Below, one piece after another: positions 23,426-50,366 of a stretch of DNA of 64,000 bases. The stretch spans positions 62,001-126,000 of the forward strand of contig NIVC01000622.1 in NCBI GenBank assembly GCA_002269645.1, written 5' to 3'. The translations under genes were made by a program, and so were the position numbers. Every line of letters starts with the position of its first letter. Position 1 is the first letter of the stretch. A model generated the notes under the pieces. That model had not been told where the DNA came from. It made no database searches and saw only the letters and a list, made by a program, of their open reading frames with translations. The stretch comes from Macrostomum lignano. Its lineage: Eukaryota.

Positions 23426-23972
23426 TCCCGACAGTTACAATAAGCGAAATCCCTTTTCAGAAGACTACTCCCATAACGCATTGTACGGGAGTTAAGACTG
23501 GGAGAACGGAGTTTAGAAAGACGACAGGGGGGGGGGGGCTGAAAAACTGTAAAGTTTTCAGAATGCTCAGCTGTGCTCGGAAAACACATGTGCAAAAGTC
23601 TCACACAGGGTGTGCTGCTACTCAGCTGAATGAGTCAGTGAATGAATTCAGTCGTTTACCCAAGAAGGCTCTCACGAGAATTATAGCGCTTACTTGTTTG
23701 ATTAATGCAGTACGACTTGATTCAAGTCAATAAAGTTGAATTTAAACCGTTTTAATTCATGTTTTATTTCAATAATATTCAAAGAACAAAATGATTAACA
23801 AAATCATCAATGCAGAGCTTTTGGGTGTTAAAATTTGATTGCAACAGCAAGACGTTAAGCAGAGTGTTTGCAATAAAAGAGTCAATGCATCCGGATACAT
23901 TTTAAGAGCGATACAATTGGTTTGTCTGTGAGATCAGTAAAAACGATCAGTGTCTAGAATCGCTGCTGACTC

Positions 23973-24566
23973 TCAACTTCTGGGTCCTCTCACCCAGTTG
24001 AGAAACTCGGAGTAGCTGACTCTCCCGTCGGCATCCGAGTCGTGCTCGCGAATCCAGTTCTCAAAGTTGGACCGATTGTACTTGGTTGTGCTGCCGATCT
24101 CCTCCAGCACTTTCGGCAGCTCGTCAGCTTCGATGAAGCCTGAGCCGTCCTTGTCGAATGAATCGAACACGGTTTTCCAAGCCGAGTACCTGAAATTTAG
24201 TTAAGATCGGTGCAATTATTTTGATTCCATAATTAGAATGGGCATCTCACAAAACGCCCAGAAGTTCTTACTCAACCTCCTGCGGCGGGATGAGGCCCAG
24301 CTTCTCCAGACACTCGTTCAGTGTCACCTTGCCATCGTTGTTGGAGTCGAAGTTAGCCAGAAAGGTCTAAAATATGATCGTTTTTAATTTTTAACTTCAC
24401 TTTTAAAGCCTGTTTAATTTGTCTAAGCTTTCTTTACCTGGACAAAATCGGCATTGAAGCCCTTCTTTTTCACCAGGTAGTCGGTGAGCTCCTGCTCAGA
24501 CAGAACTCCATCTCCATTGGCATCCATTGCTCGGAAAATTGACTCCATCTCTTCTATGGTTGACAT
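23973..24566 (-). CDS. Calmodulin-like 4-EF-hand protein B (146 aa)
   Basis: Exons 24566-24438, 24366-24272, 24189-23973; same intron phases and 95 nt middle exon as gene A. Loops DANGDGVLSEQE, DSNNDGKVTLNE, DKDGSGFIEADE, DSDADGRVSYSE. Confidence 0.93.
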
Positions 24567-25005
24567 GATGCCGGTTCCGCTTTGCAAAGTTCGGAAGTGT
24601 AAAACAGTGTAGTGTAGTAGTTTGGCTCAGCTACAGGAGGAATTAACTATTTGATGAGGCCAAGTTCGTGACACGCTGGAGTTGTAAATCCGACTATAAA
24701 ACCAGCAAGCTGCTGCGCGCACAGAAGCTTTGTGGTAGGGCAATTTATTTAATTCTCTCTTGCTGCTGAACGAGCTGCCATCTCATTGTGGCCCCATAGA
24801 TGAGTTTGAATTGCGCAGTGTCTGATCTGCTGGTCCTGCTCCTACGAGCTCTGCTCTCCGTCTCTCTCTTTCTCTCCCTCCCTCATCTCTCAAAGCAGAG
24901 TGCCTAGTATTGAAAAGTAAACACTGTGGGAGCGCCGAGGGTGTGCAGAAATTTTAATTGCGGCTCTAAACGGCATTGCCGCGTGCGCGCGCCTCCGTGC
25001 CCAGT

Positions 25006-25006
<1 letters not shown>

Positions 25007-25096
<90 letters not shown>
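25007..25096. repeat. (CT)n microsatellite
   Basis: Direct reading. Confidence 0.97.
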
Positions 25097-25099
<3 letters not shown>

Positions 25100-26197
25100 A
25101 TGGGCTCTCAAGCTTTCAAGCAGCAGCGAGTATTTAGTTTGCTATGGCTAGCTGTAGCATTTTGCTCTCTTAAAAAACTGCTATTAGCATTACTCCTTCT
25201 GTGTTTTTAATTCTGCTGATTAGAAGTATTCGACATTTCTATGCAAATTTATGGTAGACAATGAAAAGACATTACGGTAGACGGTCTTAAATCCCTTCTG
25301 GAAAGTCGGGAGAAAGGGATTTTAATTAACAGTGAAAATATCGTCAGGCCTGAATATTGATTCGGTCAAGAGTCGCTTTATTCAAGCGTCATTCAGTCGC
25401 TTTACTGAGCTTCCTCTCTTGATACTCGGAACTGGCAACGCAACACTCCTTATCCAACTCATCAACTCATCAGCTGACTGTTCCAATGCGAACACTTGAT
25501 CAACATCCTCGAGAGAAAGCGTTTCAGCAGCTTTATCCAAGTCGAAATTGTCCTTGTACTTCTCGATCTCGGCACTAGTAAGTACACTTATCATTCTGCC
25601 AAGGAAAGCGTCCCAATAAAGAAGTCGGGTCGTAGTCATTTTACAGCTCGTCAGTCAACTGAGAATTAAGTCCTTTCTCCTTTCCTTAGCTCACTATCTA
25701 TATAGGACTGATTCGTAGGACATAGTCTATGGTAGTCTGGTAAAAATGAATCAGTCACGAAACCTTTAGTTTAAACCATAGACGTAAGCATATATACATA
25801 CACTTTTTCGGAATATTAATTTCAGCTGGCTTATGTGGGGGCTCCGCTCGGCGCTGAACACTATCGTATCTAGATAGCGAGTGAAACGAGACTAGACTGC
25901 TTGTTGTAGTCGATAGTTTGCTTGCAGGCGAGAATAATAGCGATCAGTATATTTATTGAATAATTGAGCTGAGTCAGGGTGGTGGCTTAAGTCGCACCAT
26001 GCACATTTGATACTGTACGCATAAGGGGAGAGAGCTAGCAGAGCCACGCGGCGCAGCCGCTAACAACCACCCCAACACACACGATGGTAGGCGCTGCATA
26101 CAACTATCATAGACAAAACGCAAAAAATAGAAAAAAACTTAAGAACGGCATCAAAGCCATGGATGAAGGAATAGAAAGGATCGCTCATCTAAAAGCG

Positions 26198-26813
26198 AGT
26201 CTATGACCAAGACTTCCTAAAAATTAAATAACAATTTAATAACATGGATGAATGAATAGAATGGATTGCTATTCTGGCTCTGGCTATTTTCGTTTTTGAC
26301 TCTTTTGCATCCGGTTCCCCCCCGTGCCTTTTCATTGGTTGATGATTGCCATAGACAATTTTCGGCCTTCGCCCCTTTCTTTCGATGCACAAGCGCAAAG
26401 AACTGAGAATGTCAGTTACTTGCAGAGAATATCGAGCGCTCGTAGGTCTTCCCCCTTTATTTCAAAACACGAGCGAAAGCGCTTGTGCATCGAAAGAAAG
26501 GGGCGAAGGCCGAAAATTGTCTATGGCAATCATCAACCAATGAAAAGGCACGGGGGGAACCGGATGCAAAAGAGTCAAAAACGAAAATAGCCAGAGCCAG
26601 AATAGCAATCCATTCTATTCATTCACCCATGTTTAATAATAGTCCCCCCCTAAGTTCTTACTGACTGAATCGTGTACGCGGGGGGGAATTCCAAAGTCGG
26701 GGCCCAGATGAAGAAAGCAGTTATAAATGTCTAATAGGGACTATTAATAAATTCTATCAACCAATGAATTCATGGGGGATATCCCAATTTTTAGGAAGTC
26801 TTGACGATAGACT
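26198..26813. mobile_element. Non-autonomous inverted-repeat element with an internal 156 bp foldback
   Basis: Outer 28 bp inverted repeats 26198-26225 and 26786-26813 (AGTCTA...CAAGACTTCCTAAAAATT, 3 mismatches). Inner near-perfect arms 26241-26396 and 26479-26633 with an 82 bp spacer. No target-site duplication identified. Confidence 0.7.
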
Positions 26814-27232
26814 ACGCGCACTCGTGTTAAGAGCGTTGCTACAGTCCCAGCCGTGCTTTAGCGCCTCATTTTTACCATAGATAGGACTGCCACTTGGACT
26901 CAAAGCTTTCAGAAAGCGTTACGTTAAGTACCAGTATACCTCAGTTGCAACAAAAGCAATAATTTGGATAGAAAACTGTTATACTGTTTTAGCTTTTGCA
27001 TTTCTATATTACGAGCTATTCTCAATTCTCATTCTTTAAGCCGCCAACCGTTATTATTCAGTCTCTATGCCTGAAATTTTCTCATCGATCAACAGCATAA
27101 TTCAACACCAAAAACGCCAGAGAAGTAACCGTGCGAACCTTCGCACGCCTGCTTGGGGCCGCCCTTTAGCCTTCAATATAAGCGCGCCTTCCCTGGTGAC
27201 ACATCGAGTCGAAGCTCTCACCATCGGCAAGA

Positions 27233-27240
27233 TATAAATA
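27233..27240 (+). promoter_or_regulatory. Candidate TATA box of EF-hand gene C
   Basis: TATAAATA ~180 nt upstream of ATG 27418. Confidence 0.35.
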
Positions 27241-27417
27241 GAAGCAAAGTGGCACAACCCGGCAGCCAAAGTGGGCAACCAACACAACAGCTACCGACTT
27301 CCTCGGGCCGATTCAGGTGACATTAACCAGCGGGATCAGCCCATCGAGCCAAAGACTATTCGCACCGTCAGCCAGGAGCCCGAATCCAGCGTCGAACCAA
27401 CTGAACCTCCGAGCGAC

Positions 27418-28855
27418 ATGGCCAACGAAGAAGAATTGATGAAGTTCTTTGACGAGTGCGACGTGGACGGATCTGGCGAGATCACCTTGGCTGAGCTTAA
27501 GGAAGTTTTTGCCAATAAGAAGGTGGATGAAAACGCGCTTTCGGTAAGGACCTTGAAAAAGATTTCCTGTGTGTGATCGTATTTAATGTAAACAAGGTAC
27601 TCGCAAAAACTGATTAATTTTTTTTGTGTTTTTCAGAGCTACATTGATTCTTTCGATCGCGACCAAGACGGCAAGATAAGTCGCGATGAGTACCGAAAGT
27701 CTCTAGGCCTGTTTCCGGAGAGCGAGAGAAAGTAGGTTTCTTGAATTGATGTTTGTTTTACTGCATCAATGTGTGCCTTTGCACGCGCTTATTAATAAGT
27801 CATACGAGGTCAGCAAAATCAAAGTAATGTAAATAAAAATTATTTTTTCTACCGTATGAATGTACCCGCTCCTTGCGGGTGCAGCAATATTGTCCAGCTC
27901 ATTTATTTCCCTCGGTATGAAAACAGTAAATTGAGGTTCCTGTATTTCCTTTTCGTGTTTATTCGGGTCCTCAAGTGCCTTACGCATGGTTGACAAGCAG
28001 AAATTCATATTCATGGCAGAAAGCCATACCCTGCGGTTCGACTGTCATCTTAATTTTCCACAGGGCTCAAACAGCAACTGAGTTGTTACGGTGTATATAA
28101 GGAACATACTCGTCGAAATAATTTAACACAAATGCCGTCGGCGCACGAAAGCACTCTGGGGGGGGGGGGGCAGGGGGTAATAAAAATCTGGAAATGAGTT
28201 TGTCACTTGCTATCTAAACAATTTTATGGCCGAAATATTCAAGTAGTTGGCAGGTCAAAGCAAGGAGACAGAAGGCGCCTATTCCAGCAACCCGCGAAGA
28301 GTAGCTTTGGATCAATGGCGGAAGGCCCTTTTCAAAAAGAAAGAAAGTGGCTCATCTAGTTTCGTGGACAAACCTAACAAGCCGTCCGATGTTCAAGGAT
28401 GTCCGATGTTTAAGCTGCAGAAGAGGCAGAATTCTCTTTGAAGGTATCCCCAGAGGAACACCCGGAGGAACACTGCGGCGCATTGCATCCGTCGTTGTCA
28501 ATGAGGATCGTGGTGATGGCTCCGATGTCTTTACTGTCGTGATTTAGCGAGTTGTGCTTGTTAAACAATGTTTGGCAGTCTCGTAAGTCTCGTAAGCACC
28601 TTATAAAATTAAAGCCGATTTACTCCAACAAAACCCGACAGAGCGATGGCCTGGCGCGGAGTATTCGAGTCCTTCGATGCAAACGGCTCCGGCAAAATCA
28701 GCCGCGACGAGCTCGACGCCGTCCTGCGCGAGATGCACGGCGGCGACCACGGCTATGACGCGGAGGCGCTGCAGCGATTCCTACAGCAGAACGATAAGGA
28801 TGGCGACGCGGAGCTGGATTATGAGGAGTTTCTCCAGTGGATTCGGCACAACTGA
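27418..28855 (+). CDS. Calmodulin-like 4-EF-hand protein C (144 aa)
   Basis: Exons 27418-27543, 27637-27731, 28642-28855; same phases and exon sizes (126/95/214) as gene A. Loops DVDGSGEITLAE, DRDQDGKISRDE, DANGSGKISRDE, DKDGDAELDYEE. Confidence 0.92.
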
Positions 28856-29119
28856 GGCGACGCATTATGCTATACGCCTAACATAAAACTTTCCTCCCTT
28901 ATACACAGGATTGCCATATAACCATATAACCATTCCGCTTTATTAGTTTTATTGATTTTGGCTTTTATCTATTTAGCAGCCGACATTATATTACGTTATG
29001 CTGCTCGTGCCTAATTCCATCAAAATTAACTAAATAAACAGGCTAAATGTTCCCATTTAAAACTTTTCATTTACCTTCAATAGAAAAAACCTAGTGACGC
29101 TATTTTAACATCGCAACTC

Positions 29120-31180
<2,061 letters not shown>

Positions 31181-31645
31181 TCTTATCTGTCTCTTTTTTA
31201 AAATACATGCTTGTCTCATTGTGCGTAATTCATAAAAAACGCAGCCGAAACAGCGAGTCCTTAAGAGCGTACTACTAAATCAGTTAGGGACGGTGGACAG
31301 AAACCTTCCTCGTCACAAACTTAGATGATTTTTTATCGGCGTGACGTTAGAGTGCGTATGTATTATTATTTTTTGAAACGGCTTACACATTTCCCGACCG
31401 TCAAAGCAAGTTTGCAATGAGAATTGGAGCTCGTTACCCAACTTTTATAGTTGACCGAGCCCACGCGAAACGACCGTGGATAATTAAATGCGGAACGATT
31501 TCAAAGTAATTTTGCTTGGCGAAAAAAAATAATTGGCAAGAAGCCAGAGCGGAGAGCCTACGGACGGCTGATGACCGAAATAGAAAAAAAAATTAGGAAA
31601 ACAGAAACAAGCTTCCAGCTTCCAAGATGAAAGCTAATTACGAAG

Positions 31646-43463
<11,818 letters not shown>

Positions 43464-44175
43464 GATGGCATCGCTCCGATCTTGGCGGAGCTGCGGACCC
43501 TGGACTGCGGCAATTGCTGTCGCGGTTTATGGGTGTGTGGTCGCAGTTAAAGCTTCGATAAATCCTATCGACTGACGAGCAACTGTCAGATAGAGATTCT
43601 CAATAGGCTGCTGCGTGTTCCCCTTTCTGACTGACAATTTTTTAATTGATTTTTTAATCTCGAAGTTGTCTATGGCCGAAAGGGTTTGGCTTACCGTAAT
43701 AACAAATTTGATAATTATTTTTTTTCTTCTACCAGTATTATGTGTGCTAATTCTCAGTTGTGAGAAAGGCGTTTTAAGCCCTCAGTTTTCCATTGTCTCT
43801 AGGTGGTAGACTTTTGAAAGTCTTTTAAAACTAAAACTAAAACTAGTCTCGGCTTTTCTCATATCGTTAAAAGACAAGAAAAATGAACACAACAGATTGA
43901 TACTACAATTCTGGTCAAAATTTTTACTGACATTCAAACAAATACTTTGCGGTTAGGCAATTGAACATTTTGTTATAAATGTCAGAGCAAATGTCTGACT
44001 CAAACCATTCCGTAGACTTCTGAGCACACACAAATGCGCCAATACTGTACGCAGGCACGCACTCATACAAATGCTCACACGGGGTGTACAGCGGTCCTGA
44101 CTTTCTAATCATCAGGAATGTACACTCTCTAGCTGTGCCTTGGAGATTGGCCTTCATGGGTGTAAACTTCGTGAC

Positions 44176-44407
44176 CAGTGGCAGATCTATAGTTTCATTT
44201 TGGGGGAAGGGAGGGCCGAGTTCAAGTTTGGGGCGCCAACACGAGTATAAGGGGCGCCAATTTTTAGGCTAGGGGGCGCAAAAAATGCGTGTAGGGGGCG
44301 AAAAATCAAGCTTAGGGGGCGCAAATTTAGGTTGTTGGGGGGCGCAATGTGTTCGGTTAAGCTATTTGGGGGGGGCGGCCGCCCCCCTTCCCCTAAATCC
44401 GCCCCTG
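44176..44407. mobile_element. hAT-type MITE (232 bp)
   Basis: Imperfect TIRs CAGTGGCAGATCTA / TAAATCCGCCCCTG, and an exact 8 bp target-site duplication TTCGTGAC at 44168-44175 and 44408-44415. Confidence 0.85.
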
Positions 44408-44571
44408 TTCGTGACAACCCCTGACCAAATTTGGTGCAGAATCCCTAAATGAATTTGGCTGGACAAGGAATCGAACCAGGGGTCGAGCTGCTGAGCAAAA
44501 CGACCAGGCATTATTAGAGTCCGGATACGAAACTCGCGTGGATAGAGTTCTTCTGGCTGTCTCCGCAAATC

Positions 44572-44762
44572 TGGTCCTAGTGGTTAGAGCGTCGGACTCA
44601 CGACTTAAAGGTCGGGGGTTCGATTCCTGACCTCAGCGAAAAATCTGCGTCCTTGAGCAAAAATATTAACTCGACATTTCTTCACCCATGACATTGTGAG
44701 ACATTGTTCACTTAAGCTGTCAAATGGGTGCCAGCATTAGCTGTGGTAATTGAGGGTGTGTT
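44572..44762 (+). mobile_element. CORE-type SINE, copy 3 (more diverged core)
   Basis: CCTAGTGGTTAGAGCGTCGG...GGTTCGATTCCTG head, CCTTGAGCAA core start, and the same tail as copy 2. Confidence 0.7.
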
Positions 44763-45939
44763 TGGCGACCCCCAGTCCTTGGAATGAACAGCCGTACGCA
44801 GCCTTCAGATTCGCCGAGCAGTAGCCGCGGCTGAACTGTCGGTTGCACATCTGGCTCAATTGGGGCAGGTGTAAACAATTATTAATATTATTTTTATTAC
44901 TATTCCTATTTGAGTTAAGGCTCATTCACACCACAATTGAATAAAACCTAATTTTCCGTGATGACGAACTTCCATTCTCATTCCTTTCTACATCGATCGT
45001 GAAGATTTTAATGGCTCATGTGATAGCAGTGGGAATCATTCTTTAGAGACTGACACTGACGTCTCTCAACTTAACTGTAAATATTACTTACAGTAGTCAC
45101 TGAATTCAATCAAAATGTAATCAACCTCAAGAAAAAACTTGCCGCACTCCAAAAACACCAGGACTTGTGTAAATACAACTTTTGAAACATCACATCACAA
45201 GTTAGAGTTGAAGCGAATCGGTACACAGACAATGTCCTCCATCAGGGTATCAGTAGCAATTGCACTGTATCCCCTACTCAGGATGGAGTGTGAAATGAGT
45301 TATTGTAAGCTAGCCAATCGGACAAGGCGAGGTCTCAAGAACGGATTGAAATGGGAATGCGCGCTTGCTTTCGATTTTTCTGAATCGAATGGATCAGCAG
45401 TGTTTCACTTCCTGCCAAGGGTTAATGCAGTGCATTTTAGATACAGTTTGAAATGGACTTACCCGTTCGCTACTGCAAAAAGTTCATAGCCGTTGGTAAG
45501 TCAACAAACTGCGTACCGAAGTCCACGTACCGGAAGTCCACGTACTGGTGTCACGTAAACGATAAACGTTATACGCTCGTACTCATAAGATTTGAGAGAG
45601 AGAATAGGCAGCTGAGGAGGCTGCTCAATCGGATGAATGCATTTCACAGATCTGGGCATGTGCCTGATCTAACATTCCCCATCACTGTTACCAAGCGTTC
45701 ACTTACTGCTTGTAAATGTTGTAAATGTACTGAGCCTTTATTATGAGAATTCAGAAAATTTAATAAGAAGCTTTCAAGTGCTGATCTCGACACTCAGGAG
45801 GTTCAACAAGAATGCAAAAATAATATTCTTAGATTTTATTCGCAATTTATCAACATAAACTCTTCGAATTCATAGTTAAAATGGTTTTAAGGTTCTTATA
45901 AAGACTCACACAGCCTTACAGTTTCACCTAACTCACTTA

Positions 45940-46303
45940 GACTTACAGCTTCATCCATACCCACTCAGCCTCACGGCTTCATCCAGACCCACTCAGCCTC
46001 ACAGCTTCATCCATACCCACTCAGCCTCACAGCTTTATCCAGACCCACTCATCCTCATAGCTTTATCCAGACCCACTCAGCCTCACAGCTTCATCCAGAC
46101 CCACTCAGCCTCACAGCTTCATCCAGCCCCACTCAGCCTCCACAGCTTCATCCAGACCCACTCAGCCTCACAGCTTCATCCAGACCCACTCAGCCTCACT
46201 GCTTCATCCAGACCCACTCAGCCTCCACAGCTTCATCCAGACCCACTCAGCCTCACAGCCTCATTCAGACCCACTCAGCCTCAAAGCTTCATCCAGACTC
46301 ACT
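45940..46303. repeat. 28 bp minisatellite CAGCTTCATCCAGACCCACTCAGCCTCA; related array at ~57480-57625
   Basis: Direct reading; the reverse-complement unit matches the last codons (EAEWVWMKL*) of the WSC-PAN genes. Confidence 0.92.
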
Positions 46304-46603
46304 CAGCCTCGCTGGCCAGCTCAGCGGGCACAGCGGTGAACCTCAGCAGGCGGCACATGCGGCTTGAAGACACGAAGGCGCAGCCCTGACAGTCCGGGCT
46401 TCGCTCGCAGGCGGCAGCGCACTGGATGGCGCTCTTGGCAGAGACGCTGCTGTGGGTGATGGAGCTCGATGAAGCCGAGATGTTTGGCACGGCAGACACC
46501 AGCAGTTTGACTTACTTGACTTAGCTGCAGGGCTGTCCCGGAGGGGACACAGCGGGAAGGCGCGGGCGCCCATTCCGCTAATCCCTGAACGGCCGACGCG
46601 TCG

Positions 46604-49600
46604 CTATGGACGGAGGGTTGGCGCCGCCCAGGGAGGTCCCCCAGTGTCGCCAGCAGCTATAGTGCTCTCTGGAAAGGAGAGTTCAGCCCTGCGGGTGGCC
46701 CGAAGGTAGCGCATGAGCTGATTAAAGTTTTCGGGTTTGCACGCTTCAGTAATAGATGTGTGTGGCCCGAGGTAAGTGAGTCTGGCCCGCGTGAAGGCGG
46801 GACAGATGCTGACGAAATGCTCAGCAGTTTCGTCACCTGAGTTGCAGAAACTACAGGTGGCGTTGGTGGCGTTGCCCTGCAGGTACTGGTGCCTGGAGAA
46901 GCCGCCGTGACCTGAGAGGGTCATGGTGGCAGCCCGGATGTATCTGCGCGAGAGGCGCAAGAGGAGCTTCCGGAGCTGGTGAGAGGGCTGAGGGACAGCG
47001 CCTCTGGATTGCCTGCAGTTCGTGCGGTTCGCCCAAGACGAGCGGTGCTGAGTCCTGATCCACGCTTTGATGCGCGAGTCGATGACACAGCCAGGAATCG
47101 GGACAAGAGGTTCGGGGCCGAGAGAGGAGCCGGAGGCACCAACTTTTGCAAGGGTGTCAGCCAGCTCATTTCCTCGGATCCCCACATGCCCCGGAACCCA
47201 CTTAAGGGTAATTTTGTTGGCGGAACCCAAGACGTTGAGAAGTTTGATACAGTCGAGGACTGTAGCAGAGTTGGTGCTGCAGCCGCTGATGGCGTGCAAG
47301 GCAGCTTGGCTGTCCGAATGGAAAATGATGTTCTTACCAGTAACGCCAGTGGCGAGAAGCTCTGCAGTGCAGGAGCTGATGGCCAGAACTTCATTTTGGA
47401 AAACACTGGAGTTGACCCCAGTGTATTGAGCGTGGGTAGCGATGACCCTCCCGTTCAGAAAGATTCCAACACCAAAGCCGGTGTTGGCTGACTGCTTAGA
47501 ACCGTCGGTGTAGCAATGAAGCTCACCAGGGTTCCATTGGTCATTGATGTTATCGCGCGAGTCGATAGCTACGGAGTAGCGCTGTCTCAGGTTGAGCGTT
47601 GAGGCAATGCCATCGGTGAAGACGCGATTGGCCTGACACTCGTTGAGAAAGTTGAGGCACAGATCGCTATGCGGGACAAGGTTCCGCTTAGCAGGTGCTC
47701 TCATGTAAATGAATTTGACGCCGGCATCAATTAGACGCCGCGTCGTTCTAGCCGCCTCACCCCTGATGAAGAGGTCAAGAGGCGGAAGATTAAGGAAGGC
47801 CCCCATGCCAGCAAAGGGCGTGGACCTGGTGGCGTTGCAGATGAGCCTACACGCTCTGCCTTGGATCGTGTTGAGCAGGTCTGCATGGCTTTTGACCTGG
47901 GTAGCGCTAACCCAGACAACAGAGGCGTATGTAATGGCAGGTCTAACTACGGAAGTATAGATCCACCAAAGCCGCTTTGGGGATAGACCCCAAGAAGTGC
48001 CAAGTGCTCGTCGGAGCTGGGCCAGGATGGCTGAGGCACGCTTGGCTTTTGCTTTCACGTGGAAGGACCAGTTGAGCCGGTGGTCAAGTGTGACCCCGAG
48101 ACATCTGGTCTGGTGCGCGAAGGCAATATCTCTGCCGTAGAGCTGCAGAGGACGTATGTTCCAGCGTAGTCTGCTGGTAAACATAATGGCAACGGTTTTG
48201 GGCTCAGAGAGTTCCAAACCATTGTCATTGGCCCAGGATTCTGCTTTGCGGATAAAGCTCTGCATCAGATCCCTGAGCGTGCTGGGAGACGGTCCTGCCA
48301 CAATGGCCGTGACGTCATCAGCATACCCGACTTTGAAGACGGGGTCGGGTCGGGAGTCACTCAGAAGAGCGTCCATGACCAGGTTCCAGAGCGTCGGGGT
48401 GAGGACTCCGCCTTGGGGTCCACCCTTACAGACTCTGGTGGAGGCAGTTTGCCCAAGAAGTTGGGCAGTGACCGTACGGTTGGAGATCATGTACATGATC
48501 CACCGTATGAGGGTAGCATGAGCTTTGCGATTTTGAAGGGCCCTCTGAAACGCTTCAAAGATAACGTTGTCGAAGGCGCCAACAATGTCAAGAAAGAGAG
48601 CCAGGGCGTAACCGTCACCCAGTACCGCCCGTTCAATCTTTTCGACAATCGCATGCAGGGCGCTGTCAGTCGACCTCCCGGTACGGAAGGCGTGCTGATT
48701 ATTGCTGAGGGGCATCGCTGTCAGCTCGCAGGAGAGCAGCCGCCAGAGAATAAGCCTCTCAGTGAGCTTAAGCATTGCTGACGTTAAGCTAATTGGCCGG
48801 AAGGCCTTGACGCTTTGGTAGTCACCCTTCCCAGGTTTGGGAATAAAGACTACTCGAGCTTCAGTCCAGCTTTTGGGAACGTATCCCAGCTGGATAGAGG
48901 CCCGCATAAGATTGCGGGTGAGTCTCAGGAACGAGGGTATCTTGGCTGCTTCACGAAGGAGAACAGGGTAGATACCATCAGGTCCAGGAGATTTGAAGGG
49001 TTTGAAGGTTCTGACCGCACGAGCGATTAGGTCTTCAGTGACAATGCCCGCCGCTAGGGTGGCTCCATCCATCGAATGGTTGTTCTCCGGTCTAGCAGTA
49101 GGTACCCTCGGGAAGAATGTGCTAAGCATATGCTGAAGCACTTCTTCAGGGTCTTTAGTAAGAGAGCCATCATCTTTTTTGATCATGGCTAATTTGGACA
49201 TTTTGTCCATTGTAAGGGCCTTGACAAGCCTAGAAGTAGGTCTGTCTTGATCCAATTCATTGCAGAATTGGCGCCACTTACATTCCTTGGCCTTGCGCAC
49301 TTCAGATTTGAAATTGCGGGAGGCTTGCCGGAAAAGCTCCATGTCCTCCGGGTTTCCGGTCTTCATGGCACGGCGATGAAGGCTTTTGGCCTTCCGCCTG
49401 AGTTTCCCCAGCTCCGGGTTCCACCACGGCGCCGAGGTCTTGCCTCTGTAGGCGCGAGCAGGACAAGCCGCTTCGTAGGCTGCAATAATGCAACCTGTCA
49501 GCGTCTCAGCCATATGATCCACATCCTCGCAGGTCTCAATCGGACGTAAGTCCGTGAGTTCCTGCAGGTGCAGATCAAGGGCAGCCTTGTAGGCCGCCCA

Positions 49601-50343
49601 ATCAGTGTTGCGGATATTGCGCTCCAAGTGATCGGAGACTGGGTTTTAGTGTCCGCGATGTTAAAGGCGATAAAGCAGTGGTCAGACAGGGAGGGCTCCT
49701 CAGACCAGACTCTCCACTCCTCAACTCTGTCAAAGAGTCTTGGGGTAACGAGTGTGGCGTCGAGGACCTCGGTCCATCTGCCATTATTAAAGGTAGGAGT
49801 GCTGCCGCGGTTGCAGAGCATGAGGTTTGTGTTAGAGATGAGGGCCAGAAGCTCCTCTCCTCTAGTGTTGGTATCTTTGCTGCCCCAGTGCTTGTGGTGC
49901 GCGTTGAGGTCGCCCCCTAAGCACAGCTCAGCGTTCTGGGACTCGCAGTACTGCGCGAGGCGCAGTAAACTCTCAGGAGCAGGGTCTCTGTCGCCTGGGA
50001 TATAAACCGAGGCAACAAGACACGTACGCGGAGAGAAATGATTAGATTGGATGACGCAAAGGTCTCCATCAGAGAGATCAGTCCTCAGCCAAGCCTGGAG
50101 ATGGCTAGCAGCGAGGATAGCCGCTCTAGGGCGGCTGTTCCCCGGGCCACACACATAAAAATCAGAGTAGCCAGAGGGAATGTTGGGCAACTTACCGTTG
50201 CGCATCCAGGGTTCCTGGATCAGGATGAGGCCTGGCCTGTACAGCTCAGCAATCTTCATCAGATTTACTGACGCAGATACGCAATGCTGTAAATTTATTT
50301 GCAGACAGAATGTCGCTCCTTTGGCAGCGTGGAGCTTAGTCAT
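46604..50343 (-). CDS. LINE ORF2: AP endonuclease + reverse transcriptase + RNase H + C-terminal zinc finger (one frame break at ~49626)
   Basis: EN motifs QINLQH, LIQEPW, GGDLNAHH..WGS, SDH; RT motifs FRPISL, GPQGGVLTP.LW, YADD; RNase H YTDGSK, SDSQAAL, WVPGHVGIRGNELAD; CSFC...ETAEHFVSIC. Confidence 0.93.
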
Positions 50344-50366
50344 ACTGTATTAAATGCAATATCTGG

